From Prevotella sp. (GTDB taxonomy: Bacteria > Bacteroidota > Bacteroidia > Bacteroidales > Dysgonomonadaceae): a stretch of DNA of 64,000 nucleotides. Below are positions 30,801 through 40,167 of this stretch, piece by piece. A program made the position numbers and the translations under genes. How positions within the stretch are numbered: position 1 is the stretch's first letter; every line of letters begins with the position of its first letter. The notes beneath the pieces were generated by a model. It made no database searches, was not told the origin of the DNA, and was given only the letters and a program-made list of their open reading frames with translations. The DNA lies in assembly GCA_031285625.1 (NCBI GenBank), contig JAITVV010000092.1, positions 64,001-128,000 of the forward strand. Direction: 5' to 3'.

Positions 30801-31661
30801 AAGGGAGGAACAGCAGATATTATCAATGCTAATGTAATTTCTGTTACTGCCACTAACAGTTGTGGTTCAAAGACAACTACAGGTTCTGGCAATATAACTG
30901 TGAAGGCGCCATTCTCATTGATATGTAACGATGTATATGCTACGGGATACATAAATTATGATATGGGTACAGAGGTTATCCAGATACCTTATACAATGAC
31001 CAGTGGCTCATCTTATAAATTACTAGCTGCTGAGATTGGAACACATAGTGGTATAACAGCCAGAGTAGAGGAACAAACACTGGATAAACAAACCGGAGGC
31101 TATATCGAAGTTAAGTTCTCAGGTTCTACAAGTTCACGTCTGGATAAGGTTGAATTCTCGATAAAAATTGGCGGCAATGTATGTAGCATCTATCTGTCAA
31201 CCATTACGCCTCCTAAAGACTGTGAGAATGGAACTTCCGGTAAAGCTTTCGTCTTCGAACAAAACTCTAAATGGTATGTTGTAGCTATAAGAGGAAAAAT
31301 GTATGGAGAATTTGCGGTTGCCGAAACCATTGAATGTAATAGTGAAGAAGAAGCACTTAGACACCCGGAAGCACTCCAATATTGTGGAGATAAAGACGAG
31401 CCCAGATGTATAAAACTATTTAACAGAAACGGAACGCATGTAGGGTCTGTATATGTATCCGGAACTACTGAGGGCTGGACAGACAAAATTACTTTTGGAA
31501 ATATGGGATGTTGGGAATCTATCAGAGCATATGCAGGCAGCAGGATAGAAGCTACCAAATATGTAAGCGGATATTTTGGAGCATACAAGGTAGTTGGCGG
31601 AGTAGGCTATCTGGGTATAACCAGTGATATAGCAACACTAACAACCAAATCTCTGAGATAA
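27873..31661 (+). CDS. Large secreted modular protein B': beta-propeller, PKD-like domain, five Ig-like repeats, Cys-rich C-terminal domain
   Basis: WFFGKNAGL..HEGCFTLSD..KFSPDGK..LQMAPDG propeller; WDYGDG PKD-like motif; 5x TITF.PSPV...ATNSCG repeats. Confidence 0.82.
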   Translation: MKKLYILLLLLSLAGIQNMFAQREVNNWFFGKNAGLTWNTIQDFSATGLFGTPNTTLKRIPTELTGSPMNTHEGCFTLSDSDGRLLAFSDGITLYNRNYEVITSGLGGHASSAQSGIIIPYPGHLNKAVVISLGAEGANNLGFNILNMSLNNGLGGMEGTRVLFTGIPAGSKTSENVTSVRHANKKDYWIVATSKITSGKTYLNAWLVTSSGVQSGNAVTYEIPGLTTNAESSQGYLKFSPDGKHFAWGTWEGKLVYGDFNSSTGAFSNARYIDTNYTRDFYGVEFSLSGKYLYTTGSEQYSPQINGIKVWDFDELLATASPTPALAKKNFHFDEYTQLGALQMAPDGRIYIPANIFQPCIFVIDNPEEDPNSLRLYKLDNLFSAGAYPNIGLPSFVASWFSTNIIGTNEFCMDTDQYFEYRGKIDNIYINTLKNTVWDYGDGITETKPLIISGSNVFFASTTHRYKNRGEYTILVKVLDTDDDEIRDLEQTLHIKVNSCAIPVNHITTHLNNTASRPGCTLPAPPTITFNPSPVNITEGDTFTATITSKAGETYAWSISNSVTNGLSIEGTTKGNSITIRSSIAGTFNANNIKVTATNSCGSTNGYGSGNIVVNGACLVPVTPVIVLNPSPTKVNRNETFTASISSPESGVSYSWSISDATNNGLTIPGTITGNSITIKATKSGSFDASAINVIATNSCGNTPGLGSGTITVNNCEAAPDPTIAFSPSPVVINQNGTFTATVSVSDPTGVTYKWAISPAGQAQGLSIDASTPDTGTFITIKGATVGTIDANVISVTATNQCGTGTATGSGNITVNDCSPVSRTITFTPSPVVIDINNTFIASISVLPGETVLWSTGNSATNGLLIQGSNNASYVTIKGTKSGSFNASDIKATITNSCGYTEVMGTGTITVNNCVVPNPTITFSPSPVVIESNNNFTATASVSDPTGVTYKWTISTEGISKGLSIVGSDTQASVAIKGGTADIINANVISVTATNSCGSKTTTGSGNITVKAPFSLICNDVYATGYINYDMGTEVIQIPYTMTSGSSYKLLAAEIGTHSGITARVEEQTLDKQTGGYIEVKFSGSTSSRLDKVEFSIKIGGNVCSIYLSTITPPKDCENGTSGKAFVFEQNSKWYVVAIRGKMYGEFAVAETIECNSEEEALRHPEALQYCGDKDEPRCIKLFNRNGTHVGSVYVSGTTEGWTDKITFGNMGCWESIRAYAGSRIEATKYVSGYFGAYKVVGGVGYLGITSDIATLTTKSLR
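29430..30905 (+). repeat. Five intragenic tandem repeats (~95-100 aa, Ig-like)
   Basis: Each unit C-x-x-P-x-PTI(T/A/V)F-x-PSPV...W-x-IS...GLSI...ATN(S/Q)CG...G(S/T)G-x-ITV; units 3 and 5 share near-identical DNA (ATCGGTATCAGACCCTAC). Confidence 0.85.
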
Positions 31662-31695
31662 TACAAGAATTTTTGAATAAGTATTACTTAATTTC

Positions 31696-31734
31696 ATGTG
31701 GAGGACTACGATTTGTAATCCTCCACATTTTTTT
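31696..31734 (+). terminator. Intrinsic terminator of the A-B-A'-B' operon
   Basis: ATGTGGAGGA...TCCTCCACAT followed by a T-run. Confidence 0.85.
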
Positions 31735-31844
31735 ATAAATTATAAATTATCAATCCAATACTAATATCTTCTATTTATTTACTTTTATGTTATTACCTTT
31801 GTTCGCATTATATTTGAGTTATATATTATCATATTTACGTTAAA

Positions 31845-32522
31845 ATGACCGTATTATACGAAGACAACCATATCATTATTGTCAACAAGACTGTTTCGGA
31901 GATTGTACAGGGAGATAAAACCGGAGATAAGCCCCTCTCAGAAATTGTGAAAGAATACCTCAAGGAGAAATACAATAAACCCGGAAATGTATTCTGTGGT
32001 GTTACTCACCGCTTAGACCGCCCTGTAAGTGGTATAGTTGTATTTGCAAAAACGAGCAAAGCTCTCAGCCGCCTGAACGAGATGTTTAAAAACAAAGAGA
32101 TAGATAAGACTTATTGGGCAATTGTAAAGAACACACCAAAAGAAGCGGAAGGTACTCTGAAGCATTATCTGGTGAAAAATGAGAAACAGAATAAATCATA
32201 TGCTTATGATACAGAAAAGTCAAACTCAAAACTGGCTATTCTTCACTACAAAATGATTGCTCATTCGGAGAAATACAATTTGCTGGAAATAGATCTGGAA
32301 ACTGGGCGCCACCACCAGATACGTACTCAGTTGGCTAAAATGGGATGCCCTATCAAAGGTGATTTAAAGTATGGTGCAGAGAGATCCAATCCCGATGGGG
32401 GTATCAGCCTGCACGCACGTAAAATATCATTTATACATCCTGTATCTAAAGAACGGATAAAAATTATTGCTCCATTACCAAAGGATAACTTATGGCAGGC
32501 TTTAGAGAAAACAGTTAGTTAG
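31845..32522 (+). CDS. RluA-family pseudouridine synthase (short form)
   Basis: HRLDRPVSG, LETGRHHQIR, GDLKYG; TACCTTTG promoter element at 31794-31801. Confidence 0.93.
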   Translation: MTVLYEDNHIIIVNKTVSEIVQGDKTGDKPLSEIVKEYLKEKYNKPGNVFCGVTHRLDRPVSGIVVFAKTSKALSRLNEMFKNKEIDKTYWAIVKNTPKEAEGTLKHYLVKNEKQNKSYAYDTEKSNSKLAILHYKMIAHSEKYNLLEIDLETGRHHQIRTQLAKMGCPIKGDLKYGAERSNPDGGISLHARKISFIHPVSKERIKIIAPLPKDNLWQALEKTVS

Positions 32523-33645
32523 AACTTGGTTGTACTTTACCTGTAATAATATCTTCGACATAAGGACGTATTGTACTATAGCTTACATTATCAGGAAAAG
32601 TTTTGTCAAACGTATAATGATTTTCACCTTTGGTCATAGTAAATTTATATTCACCCTTAGCCACCTCTGTAGATGGGATATATTCCATTGAAACAGAAGA
32701 CTCTACTTCACCTTCTTTGTTCATCACATAGAATATATTCTTTATTATAGATTGATTTGAAGGTTCTTCATAACGTTCATAAGCAAAAACATCATTACCT
32801 CCTACCTGAAACTGATCTATACAAAAGTTATTGGAAATACTACCAGATACTAACTGACCTGCTTTGTATGCATTATATAGTCTCGATTTATATGAATTAG
32901 CCTGATCATATAATCCTAAAGCATTATTACACTGTACCAATTTTTCATATGAATAATAGTCATCAGGCATATTCTCAATAAGCTCTTCATACGCTTCTAC
33001 CGCTTTTGTATACCGTCCAAAATCAAACTCCATTTTCCCTATATTATACAGAACTGTAACAAGAAGTTCTTTGTCCTTAACAATCTTATTTTTAGCGATA
33101 TAAAATGCCTCCAAGGCATTTTTCATATCATCCTGCCCGGCATATATGGCTCCGATCATATAATATGCCTTTTCTGAAGGAGGATTTGATGACATTGCCT
33201 TTTTATAGTTCTGTTCAGCAAGACTAATATTATCCTGACCATAATAGATATCACCCATCCCGGTGTATGCATCAGCATAGTTGGGAGATGCATCGGCTGC
33301 CTTCTTAAAACTGGCTAGTGCCTGATCAGTGCTGCCATTAATACTCTGAACAGTTCCTTTCACATAATATGCCCTAGCACATTTTGCATTCTTCTGTACA
33401 GACAGATCTGCATACATGGAAGCATTGAGCATATCATTCAAATGCAAATATGATTCAGCAACATATGCCAGTTCATCAGCAGATAAACTACGCGGTTGAC
33501 TGGCATGCTGATCCACCACTTCCTGATAATACCCCTTATCAAACAGACTTTTAATGTCATCATTTGGCATAGTTACCTGTAAGCTAGTCGAAAATGATGA
33601 GATACTAAATAATAAAACCAATGCTATAAATACAACTCTTTTCAT
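32515..33645 (-). CDS. Secreted tetratricopeptide-repeat protein
   Basis: Signal peptide from MKRVVFIALV (ATG 33645; 33657 possible); multiple TPR units (AYYVKG, AYTGMG, AYYMIG, VLYNIG). Confidence 0.85.
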   Translation of the reverse strand: MKRVVFIALVLLFSISSFSTSLQVTMPNDDIKSLFDKGYYQEVVDQHASQPRSLSADELAYVAESYLHLNDMLNASMYADLSVQKNAKCARAYYVKGTVQSINGSTDQALASFKKAADASPNYADAYTGMGDIYYGQDNISLAEQNYKKAMSSNPPSEKAYYMIGAIYAGQDDMKNALEAFYIAKNKIVKDKELLVTVLYNIGKMEFDFGRYTKAVEAYEELIENMPDDYYSYEKLVQCNNALGLYDQANSYKSRLYNAYKAGQLVSGSISNNFCIDQFQVGGNDVFAYERYEEPSNQSIIKNIFYVMNKEGEVESSVSMEYIPSTEVAKGEYKFTMTKGENHYTFDKTFPDNVSYSTIRPYVEDIITGKVQPSSN

Positions 33646-33656
33646 ATGCATATTCA

Positions 33657-34733
33657 TTAAAACCATTTTTGCTTCCTTATCCATAAATATGTGAATGCCG
33701 CAATTGCTGCCAATACCACCCATGCGACCAGGTATCCATATTTCCAGGCAGTTTCGGGCATAAGCTTAAAGTTCATTCCCCATACCCCTACCATAAACGT
33801 CAGAGGTATAAACATAGTTGAGACAATTGTCAAACGCTTAATTATCTCATTCATCTTCAAGTTATTGTTATTATAATATAAATCCAACAACGATGTCAGG
33901 GATTCATGAAATGATGCCAGATCGCCTAATGTAGTTCGCATACGGTCGTCAAAATCATTAAAATAAACTACATTCTCCTCTTTTATAAGCTTATTAGTGT
34001 TATGCAGCAGGTTAGTAAACTCTTCGCGTAGAGAAACGATAGAGCGTCTTATATGCATATAGTCGACACGGCACTCATGTAATAGCTTCAATATATCAAT
34101 AGAATCTTTACCCAGAATCAATTGATCTTCGACATTGGCCAATTCATCTTCGATATCCATTACTGTATTCACATTCGATATATTTACTGCATTCAATAAG
34201 ATATAGAGAAGAAAATCCGCACCTTTCTGACGTATGAGTATATTATTCTCTTCGATATTCTTTTTCACTTCATCAAAAGCCGGAACACTGCCTTCCTGAA
34301 AACTCACGATAAAATGGTCACCCAGAATAAATGCAACCTGCATATCATCGATATCAATCACATCCTTCTCCTGATAAAAAGCAGACATTAAAACGTAAGA
34401 AACCTTATCATATCCAACTGCTTTGACAACCTGCTGATCGGCAAGTAGATCTTTTACATCAAAGCTATGCAGGCCAAATTCCTTACAAATCCGATTTACC
34501 ACATTTGCATCGGAGATACCGGTTATCTTCACCCAGTTTACTTTTGTATTATCTATCTGATCTTTTATCGTTGATTGCAACTGGATATTCTTCACCTCTA
34601 CACGCATAGCATCATATTGAATCAACTCTATTGACATGGGGATATTCTTATCTCCGAAGTAAGTTGGTTTAGCTAACAGATAGTTATTACGGGCCGGGCT
34701 ATTTTTCGATTTTTTGGGTGTCCTTCTACTCAT
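33657..34733 (-). CDS. corA: Magnesium/cobalt transporter CorA
   Basis: GVWGMNF signature, MPE motif, two C-terminal TM helices; likely start MSRRTPKK at 34733. Confidence 0.92.
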   Translation of the reverse strand: MSRRTPKKSKNSPARNNYLLAKPTYFGDKNIPMSIELIQYDAMRVEVKNIQLQSTIKDQIDNTKVNWVKITGISDANVVNRICKEFGLHSFDVKDLLADQQVVKAVGYDKVSYVLMSAFYQEKDVIDIDDMQVAFILGDHFIVSFQEGSVPAFDEVKKNIEENNILIRQKGADFLLYILLNAVNISNVNTVMDIEDELANVEDQLILGKDSIDILKLLHECRVDYMHIRRSIVSLREEFTNLLHNTNKLIKEENVVYFNDFDDRMRTTLGDLASFHESLTSLLDLYYNNNNLKMNEIIKRLTIVSTMFIPLTFMVGVWGMNFKLMPETAWKYGYLVAWVVLAAIAAFTYLWIRKQKWF

Positions 34734-34875
34734 ATTTAATAAATATGATTTGTCTATATTTAAACTATACCAAAAGTAAGAATAAAATACTATATTTGTG
34801 CACTCTGGAATGGTATTTATTAACACTGCTACAGACTGACTGACTTAAAAAAACTTGATAATCTGAATTATACGA

Positions 34876-36507
34876 ATGAGCGATGTTCTTAACGTATTAA
34901 AAAGGAAGAAAATGCAATTCTTCTTTCTTTTTTATATATTACTCTTAGTGCCCATATTATGCCCGTTAGCTGAAAACTTTTCTTTCATCGATAAAATCGC
35001 TGTTTTCTTAGTTTGCGGATTGCTTTTTGCTTCCATTTGGACACTTTCCCTTTTTATCAGTTCTAAGTCTGAGAAAGTTATTTATTCTGTTATGTTAGCC
35101 ATCTCTATCATACCGGGATCGATATATCTGGCATACCTTCTGTTTGCAAATGTTATGCTGGAGCAAAATAGTGTCACCAGCCTTTTTGAAACAAATCCTG
35201 AAGAAAGTAAGGAATTTGTTGCGCATTATCTGAGTATATGGGTTATAGTCGGTGTTCTTGTATATGCAGCCATTCCCATCGTGATGGTGTGCACAATGAG
35301 ATCGTTCAGACCTTTGAAGATAAGGGAACATAAGACTTTGTTTATCTTTGGTATTATTACATTATTATCTATTGTTGGTATCAACAGGGTATCACGTTCT
35401 GTTTATTTCATCAACTTTTACAAAACATTTGTCAGTTATAAAATCCGTACCAGTGGTGAGGTCAAGGATATAAGAAAGCGGCAAACAGAACCTTATGAAG
35501 TAAAGATAAATCAACAGGATACCATACCACAGGTATTTGTTATTGTGATAGGTGAATCATTGAACAAACATCATATGTCATTGTATGGCTATCCACGAAA
35601 CACCAATCCTTTACTATCACAATATGGAGACAGCCTGGTAGTCTATCAGGACATAGTAGCACCACATGTACATACAATCCCTGTTATTCGTTCTTTATTA
35701 TCAATGTCAGATTATGAACACTCTGAGTACTTCTCCAAAAAACCATCGATGTATGAATTATTTAATCGTGCCGGATATGATACATACTTGATAAGCAACC
35801 AGGGATTTAGCGAAGAATTACGTTCCAGTTTCGATATCTTATTCTCACTGGCAGGTACAAAATATAATCTGGCTACATATAAGCAACATGATGATATTAT
35901 ACTTCCTGTTCTTGACAAAGTATTGAAAAAAGATAATAAAAAGAATAAACTTATTATTATTCATCTAATTGGAAATCATATGGCATACGAATTCAGGTAT
36001 CCCAAAGAATATATTGTTTTCAATAACAAGAAGGATGGATTAGTACCTGATGCACTTTACAGAGACGAAAAAGCAAAGAAAACAATAGACAGATATGATA
36101 ACTCCGTATTATATAATGACTCGATTATAAACAGCGTTATCCTTTCCCTTAAAGAGCTACAGGATCAGGATGCTGTAATGGTATACTTGTCTGACCATGG
36201 CGAAGAGTTATATGACTATCGTGATTTTGCAGGCCACGCCTATGAGAAAGTCTCTCCTACTATGAGTGAGATACCTTTCATGGTCTGGATATCTCCTTCT
36301 TTTCAAAAATACAGAACAGACCTCGTTTTTGACAAAACCCGCCCTTATTCTTCCGAAGACTTCATATATTCTATTTCTGACCTTGCAGGATTAAACTATT
36401 CCGATTATGATGATACAAGGAGCCTGTTCTCAACAAAATTTACTCCCCGTAAACGTTATGTCGGAGAAAAGACCTATGAAGAAATAAAGGAAAAGTTTGA
36501 GAAATAG
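34876..36507 (+). CDS. Phosphoethanolamine transferase (EptA/CptA-like, sulfatase fold)
   Basis: About five N-terminal TM helices; VIGES, YGYPRNTNP, HLIGNH, YDNSV, YLSDHGE. Confidence 0.9.
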   Translation: MSDVLNVLKRKKMQFFFLFYILLLVPILCPLAENFSFIDKIAVFLVCGLLFASIWTLSLFISSKSEKVIYSVMLAISIIPGSIYLAYLLFANVMLEQNSVTSLFETNPEESKEFVAHYLSIWVIVGVLVYAAIPIVMVCTMRSFRPLKIREHKTLFIFGIITLLSIVGINRVSRSVYFINFYKTFVSYKIRTSGEVKDIRKRQTEPYEVKINQQDTIPQVFVIVIGESLNKHHMSLYGYPRNTNPLLSQYGDSLVVYQDIVAPHVHTIPVIRSLLSMSDYEHSEYFSKKPSMYELFNRAGYDTYLISNQGFSEELRSSFDILFSLAGTKYNLATYKQHDDIILPVLDKVLKKDNKKNKLIIIHLIGNHMAYEFRYPKEYIVFNNKKDGLVPDALYRDEKAKKTIDRYDNSVLYNDSIINSVILSLKELQDQDAVMVYLSDHGEELYDYRDFAGHAYEKVSPTMSEIPFMVWISPSFQKYRTDLVFDKTRPYSSEDFIYSISDLAGLNYSDYDDTRSLFSTKFTPRKRYVGEKTYEEIKEKFEK

Positions 36508-36804
36508 TTAAAAATCAATCGAAAACAATTTTTCTTTCATGCTAAAGGTTTTACCTTTGTTTATAGTCAATACTTAATTTAAATTAGGTAACACATATTG
36601 CGTATGAATATGTTATTAAAAATTAATTTAATTATCTGTATATAAGTGGTTTTATATAATATTGATGTACCAAAAGGTTACTATTAATAAAATGCATAAA
36701 AGCTGTTACCTTTGTCACTTTCTAATTATATTTAGCTAGAAACAAGCAGTTTATAAAACAGAGAAAATATATTATTAATTATTACCGATTACTTATATAA
36801 CCTT

Positions 36805-39800
36805 ATGATGAAGAAATCTGTACTTTTTCTTTTCATATCATTGGTTACTGTACCACTGATATTTGCCCAGGAAGCCCGGTTACTCCGATTCCCTTCCACC
36901 AATGGTTCCGAAGTTGTTTTCTCATATGCCGGAGACTTATATAAAGTCTCGATAAATGGCGGAGAAGCCAAACGCTTAACTTCACACATCGGATATGAGA
37001 TGTTTCCGAAGTTTGCTCCGGACGGAAACTCAATTGCATTTACGGGACAATATGATGGTAATACGGAAGTGTATACCATCCCTTCTGTTGGAGGTGAGCC
37101 TTTACGGATTACATACACCCCTACAAACAGCAGGGATGATATCGGCGACCGCATGGGGCCTAATAATATTGTTATGGGGTGGACTCCTGATGGCAAAAAT
37201 ATTGTATACAGGAACCGTATTAGCGACGGATTCTCAGGTCGTCTGTTCCTTGTAAATAATGAAGGCGGATTATCAAAGGGGCTACCATTGCCTGAAGGTG
37301 GATTCTGCAGTTACTCTCCGGATGGGAAGAAACTAGCTTACAATCGTGTAATGCGTGAATTCCGCACATGGAAATATTATAAAGGCGGGATGGCTGATGA
37401 TATCTGGATTTATGATCCGGCAGCAAAATCAGTAGAAAATATCACTAACAATGATGCACAAGATATTATGCCAATGTGGATTGGTGACGACATTTACTTT
37501 ATTTCCGATAGAGACCGTACAATGAATATCTTCGTATACAATACAACATCAAAACAGACATCTAAGGTTACTAATTTTACGGAATATGACGTAAAGTTTC
37601 CAAGTCACCATGGTAACATAATTGTTTTTGAAAACGGAGGCTATATATACAAGCTGGACGTCACCAATAAGCAGCCTGTAAAAATTAATATATCGCTTGC
37701 TTCAGATAATATCTATGCAAGAAGCGAGATTAAGAATGGAGAAAAGTACTTCAATGCAGCCAGCCTTTCACCTGATGGTGAACGGATAGTAGTAACAGCA
37801 CGTGGCGAGGTTTTTAACCTACCAGTAGATAAGGGTGTTACAAAAAATATTACCCGTTCGCCCGGAGCACATGACCGTGGTGCCGAATGGTCACCTGATG
37901 GCAAATATATCGCTTATATGTCTGATGCAACAGGAGAGACTGAACTTTATATGCAAGATGCAACAGGGTCCGATCCTGTACAACTGACAAAAAACAATGA
38001 TACCTATATCCGCTCTTTTCTGTGGAGCCCTGACTCTAAATCTATAGTATATACTGATCGTAAAAACAGAGTCAATTTATTAGATATCACCTCAAAGCAA
38101 AAAACAACATTGCTACAAGATCCTGTTGGAGAACCAAGAGGAGTTGTTTTCTCTCCGGATAGTAAATGGCTGACATATAGCCGCATGGGATCGAACGACT
38201 TCAATGTAGTATATGTATTCAATATTGCAGCAAAAAAAGAATATGCAATAACAGATAAATGGTATGAGTCTTATTCTCCGGCATTCAGTAAAGATGGAAA
38301 ATATCTGATATTCACTTCAGCGCGCGATTTTAATCCAATGTATGGATCAAAAGAATGGAATCATATCTATCAGGCTTCGAACGGAATATATTTAGCGCTT
38401 CTATCTAAAGACACACCGTCTCCATTCATGGAAAAAGATGCCGAAGTAAAAACAGGAGACTCCAAGAAAGCCGATGTACAGAAAAAGGACTCCACCAATA
38501 GTGTAAAAATCGACTTTGAAGGTATTGCGGATAGAATCATTAAATTACCTATTGCCACCGGATACTATTGGAGTTTCTATTCGGATGGTACGAAAGTATA
38601 TTATAATAAACAAGGGGCTGCAGCTGTCTTCGACCTCAAAACGCAAAAGGAAGAAACTATTGCAGACGGTGCATCGATACATATAAGTAATCATGATAAG
38701 AAAGCTATATTCGTTAAGAATAAACAACTATATGTTACGAATATACCTTCGGGCAAAACAGAGTTGAAAGATCCTGTTAATTTGTCCAATATGAAAATAA
38801 CAACAGACTATCCACAAGAATGGGCTCAGATATTCGATGAGGCATGGCGTGTTTACCGTGATGGTTTTTATGTAGAAAATATGCATGGTGTAGACTGGAA
38901 AGCCATTAAACAAAAATATTCAGTGTTACTACCCTATGTAAAAAACCGTTTAGATCTCAACTATATCATTGGTGAAATGATAGGCGAGCTAAATTGTGGT
39001 CATGCATACGTAAATCCGGGTGAGGTAGACCGTGCCGAAAGAATAAATACAGGTCTGCTAGGTGCTGAAATTTCAAGAGATAAGAGTGGATTCTTCAAGA
39101 TAGAAAAGATACTGCAAGGTGCATCATGGGATAAAAAACTTCGTTCTCCGCTGACTGAAGCCGGTATTGAAGCAAATGAAGGTGACTTTATTGTGGCAAT
39201 TGACGGAGTGCCTACCAACAGTGTAAAAGATATGTATTCGTTACTCACAGGAAAAGCTGGTGTACCAACGGAAATATCATTGAATAATAAAGCCCAGTTA
39301 GCCGGAGCCCGCAAAATAGTGATCAGCCCTATAGCTGAAGAGTATTCCCTTTATCATTACGAATGGGTACAGAATAATCTGAAAAAGGTAGAGAAGGCAT
39401 CCAATGGAAAAATCGGTTATATCTACATTCCTGATATGGGGCCGGAAGGCCTAAACGAGTTTGCCCGTTACTTCTATCCTCAGCTCGATAAGGAAGGGCT
39501 TATCATAGATGACCGCGCTAATGGTGGAGGCAATGTTTCGCCAATGATTCTTGAACGTCTGTCTCGCGAACCATACCGCCTGACTATGCGTCGTGGTTCT
39601 AATCGCATAGGTACAGTGCCGGATGCTGTGCAGGTAGGCCCTAAAGTATGTCTGATAAACAAATACTCTGCATCTGACGGAGACCTCTTCCCTTGGGGGT
39701 TCAGAGCTCTGGGACTTGGTAAACTTATCGGTACACGTACATGGGGAGGTATTGTCGGCATTTCAGGTTCTATGCCATTTATCGATGGAACGGATATCCG

Positions 39801-40014
39801 GGTACCATTCTTTACCAGCTATGATGCTAAAACAGGTCAATGGATTATAGAGAATCATGGTGTCGATCCTGATATCCTGATTGATAATGACCCTATAAAA
39901 GAATGGAATGGCGAAGATCAGCAATTAAACAGAGCCATCCAAGAAGTGATGAATGATCTGAAAAACAGACAACCATTAAAACCTGTGCCAGCACCAAGAG
40001 TATGGAATAAGTAG
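36805..40014 (+). CDS. Tricorn protease (peptidase S41)
   Basis: Beta-propeller repeats (SPDG), PDZ region, GYIYIPDM, DDRANGGG, catalytic SASDGD, GTRTWGG, ENHGVDPD. Confidence 0.95.
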   Translation: MMKKSVLFLFISLVTVPLIFAQEARLLRFPSTNGSEVVFSYAGDLYKVSINGGEAKRLTSHIGYEMFPKFAPDGNSIAFTGQYDGNTEVYTIPSVGGEPLRITYTPTNSRDDIGDRMGPNNIVMGWTPDGKNIVYRNRISDGFSGRLFLVNNEGGLSKGLPLPEGGFCSYSPDGKKLAYNRVMREFRTWKYYKGGMADDIWIYDPAAKSVENITNNDAQDIMPMWIGDDIYFISDRDRTMNIFVYNTTSKQTSKVTNFTEYDVKFPSHHGNIIVFENGGYIYKLDVTNKQPVKINISLASDNIYARSEIKNGEKYFNAASLSPDGERIVVTARGEVFNLPVDKGVTKNITRSPGAHDRGAEWSPDGKYIAYMSDATGETELYMQDATGSDPVQLTKNNDTYIRSFLWSPDSKSIVYTDRKNRVNLLDITSKQKTTLLQDPVGEPRGVVFSPDSKWLTYSRMGSNDFNVVYVFNIAAKKEYAITDKWYESYSPAFSKDGKYLIFTSARDFNPMYGSKEWNHIYQASNGIYLALLSKDTPSPFMEKDAEVKTGDSKKADVQKKDSTNSVKIDFEGIADRIIKLPIATGYYWSFYSDGTKVYYNKQGAAAVFDLKTQKEETIADGASIHISNHDKKAIFVKNKQLYVTNIPSGKTELKDPVNLSNMKITTDYPQEWAQIFDEAWRVYRDGFYVENMHGVDWKAIKQKYSVLLPYVKNRLDLNYIIGEMIGELNCGHAYVNPGEVDRAERINTGLLGAEISRDKSGFFKIEKILQGASWDKKLRSPLTEAGIEANEGDFIVAIDGVPTNSVKDMYSLLTGKAGVPTEISLNNKAQLAGARKIVISPIAEEYSLYHYEWVQNNLKKVEKASNGKIGYIYIPDMGPEGLNEFARYFYPQLDKEGLIIDDRANGGGNVSPMILERLSREPYRLTMRRGSNRIGTVPDAVQVGPKVCLINKYSASDGDLFPWGFRALGLGKLIGTRTWGGIVGISGSMPFIDGTDIRVPFFTSYDAKTGQWIIENHGVDPDILIDNDPIKEWNGEDQQLNRAIQEVMNDLKNRQPLKPVPAPRVWNK

Positions 40015-40028
40015 TTAGATATAAACAC

Positions 40029-40062
40029 AATAAGGCTCACATTTCAGATGGGCCTTATTTTT
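40029..40062 (+). terminator. Intrinsic terminator after tricorn gene
   Basis: AATAAGGCTCA...TGGGCCTTATTTTT. Confidence 0.75.
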
Positions 40063-40073
40063 CCACCCTTTAG

Positions 40074-40146
40074 TTTGCGTAAAAAATACGCCAAATATTT
40101 TGCTAAATAAAAAACTATACCTATATTTGCGTAATAATTACGCAAA
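40074..40146. promoter_or_regulatory. Two palindromic operator boxes (NrtR-like GT-N7-AC) bracketing/overlapping a -33/-7 promoter
   Basis: TTTGCGT-AAAAAAT-ACGCCAA (40074-40094) and TTTGCGT-AATAATT-ACGCAAA (40126-40146); TTTG at 40099 and TATATTTG at 40122. Confidence 0.8.
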
Positions 40147-40167
40147 TATTATTTAAACTAAAGTATT

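Noticed and set aside
24168-31661. Type V pilus (Mfa/Fim) operon
   Set aside because: Proteins have SPI-type signal peptides ending A-Q rather than lipoprotein Cys, and no fimbrillin motifs were recognised
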